From contig NC_083277.1 of assembly GCF_963506605.1 (NCBI RefSeq), positions 20,956,001-21,020,000 of the forward strand: DNA of 64,000 nucleotides, read 5' to 3'. Shown here in pieces: positions 63,028 to 64,000 of this stretch. The stretch comes from Zootoca vivipara (Eukaryota). Position 1 is the first letter of the stretch. Each line of letters opens with the position of its first letter. The translations under genes were made by a program, and so were the position numbers. The notes beneath the pieces were generated by a model, which saw nothing but the letters and a program-made list of their open reading frames with translations, was not told the origin of the DNA and made no database searches.

Positions 63028-63426
63028 CAGGCGTTGGCAACGTTTTCTGCTCGCGGGCCAGAGGATTCCCACGGACTATTGTCCGTGGGCCAGACATGGG
63101 CCGCACAGGCGCAGAAGCGATTTCTGGTGGCGCTGCGGACATTTTGGAAATGGGCAGCACAGCACCAGAAATGGCTTCTGCGCATGTCCACAGCTGCGTA
63201 GAAGCGATTTCCGGTGCTGGCTGCCCATTTCCAAAATGTCCGCAGCGCCAGAATGCACTTCTGTGGCTGCATAGACGCGATTTCTGGTGCTGCTCGGCGA
63301 GTCCCTGCGTCACGCTGCACCTGTTTACCGCAGCATGTGGGGGACTTGCCGGGTGGGCAGCTCAGTTCACGGGCAGCCCATGGGCCGGATAAACGGCCTC
63401 CGTGGGCCGGAGGTTGCCAGTGCCTG
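63028..63426. mobile_element. hAT non-autonomous element
   Basis: CAGGC...GCCTG ends; 8-bp TSD ATATAGTC. Confidence 0.85.
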
Positions 63427-63595
63427 ATATAGTCATACAGAAGTTGTAAACTCAAAACTACAATAATCTGTTACAGCATTAGATGCGAGAGTCTTTAAAT
63501 TGGGTCGAGTTCATGCTAGTCCAAAATCAGGATATATCAATGTCGTGTTTGATGTAGAAGTCTTAAAGTCTCAATCATTAATCAGAAATCAGAAG

Positions 63596-63639
63596 CCAGG
63601 ACAGGGCCCTGTTTCGGTGTCTTCACCTTCATCAGCTGG
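63596..63639 (-). ncRNA. Type I hammerhead ribozyme motif
   Basis: CCAG-CUGAUGA-A-GGUG(AAGA)CACC-GAA-ACAGGGCCCUGU-C-CUGG; all core nucleotides and three helices present; GUC cleavage triplet. Confidence 0.82.
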
Positions 63640-64000
63640 AAGTATTAAACATTACAGTACATGAAAACACATTTATGAACTGGTTACATGAATTGAAATT
63701 GAAATTATAAGTCATTAAACAACATTTAAACGTGTGGTTCCTCACCTGCTTTAAAACTTGCTCTAAAAAAAACTAATTAACGAGCAATTTTGGGTAGAGC
63801 TGTACCTCTTTGCAATTAGAGTCTCGAGTGTGCTCCGGGGATTTGTGTTTAAAGTCTGAAATGAAAAATAAATGAAATGGGCAACCTGAGATTGCCTTGA
63901 TGTAAGGAGGAGGCCATAACATATAGAAATAAATGGCTTCTACGTTAGTTCTCTGGAGAGCACTTCTATTTATTTTGCTACTCATGGTTAGGGTAGGGTG

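Noticed and set aside
50736-64000. Further PXK exons
   Set aside because: Could not find the expected EYIIRVQRG-like exon 2 by eye; region appears to be intron 1

Overview
Vertebrate genomic DNA, very likely a lacertid-type lizard (Sauria SINEs, BovB, CR1, L2, Neptune-type Penelope elements). It is the ABHD6-RPP14/HTD2-PXK region. Hand-spliced genes: one complete divergent ABHD6-like lipase on the minus strand (8 coding exons, 338 aa, intact Ser/Asp/His triad); the first two coding exons of a second tandem ABHD6-like paralog that runs off the left edge; RPP14 (5 coding exons, 129 aa); the intronless HTD2 ORF 37 nt after the RPP14 stop in the same last exon (bicistronic arrangement); and coding exon 1 of PXK in a CpG island. 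Most other ORFs in the track are spurious or transposon debris. The best non-obvious signals are: an intact minimal type I hammerhead ribozyme motif at 63596-63639 (-); a Penelope family whose hammerhead motif coincides with the fold-back junctions of its short insertions; an AATAAA overlapping the RPP14 stop codon between the two cistrons; internally deleted BovB copies that keep both ends; and a CpG-rich non-autonomous Helitron. All calls were made by eye with no database search, so TE family names are recognition-level and boundaries without TSDs are approximate.
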